Assembly: GCA_963729715.1 (NCBI GenBank)
Contig: CAVSPA010000003.1
Location: forward strand, 288,001-352,000
Direction of reading: 5' to 3'
Length of the DNA: 64,000 nt
Origin: an uncultured delta proteobacterium
GTDB lineage: Bacteria > Desulfobacterota > Syntrophia > Syntrophales > UBA2185
This document shows, piece by piece, positions 63,892 through 64,000 of the stretch (positions are counted from its first letter, which is position 1; each line of letters starts with the position of its first letter). A program made the translations under genes and the position numbers. The notes beneath the pieces are model-generated. The model did no database searches. It saw only the letters and a list, made by a program, of their open reading frames with translations, and was not told where the DNA came from.

Positions 63892-64000
63892 AGTTATAGG
63901 TTCATCTCCGAAAGAATTGCCGGCATCTTGGGGATTCGTGAGGCCAAGGAGTCGGGGAAGCGAGTGACGACAAAAAACGATCGAGTCCTCCAATCCCGGA

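Overview
Bacterial chromosomal window of about 50% GC by eye. Gene content suggests an anaerobic Desulfobacterota/Syntrophales-like organism (inference). Backbone: TolC/HlyD/ABC-2 exporter, Smr protein, a decayed HNH gene, GDPD, a sigma54-linked TorF-like porin, pncB, moaC-Fis-glmU-like-giant glmS-pyrG, ilvE, lolA, an alpha-glucan operon with a GT3 synthase-phosphorylase fusion, amtB-glnK-(Fis HTH)-glnA and proA-nadD-TPM-NTase-lemA. The accessory centrepiece is a ~19.8 kb island (21225-41057) that splits comM just before its Walker A motif. It has no recognisable integrase and carries DUF4105/DUF3015 genes, a 6-PAS hybrid kinase bracketed by an 18-bp direct repeat, gpmA-pyk and two different IS110-family elements. 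The second IS110 forms an unusual tandem array of 3 full and 1 partial copy. In it the exact right end (...CTCAGGAG) is repeatedly joined to different upstream AG sites. Its left non-coding end contains matches to its own donor and target junctions (candidate bridge RNA), and its recombinase has Thr at the canonical catalytic Ser motif. A cluster of 12-bp-periodic DnaA-box-like motifs lies after ilvE. No CRISPR array, tRNA or rRNA was recognised.
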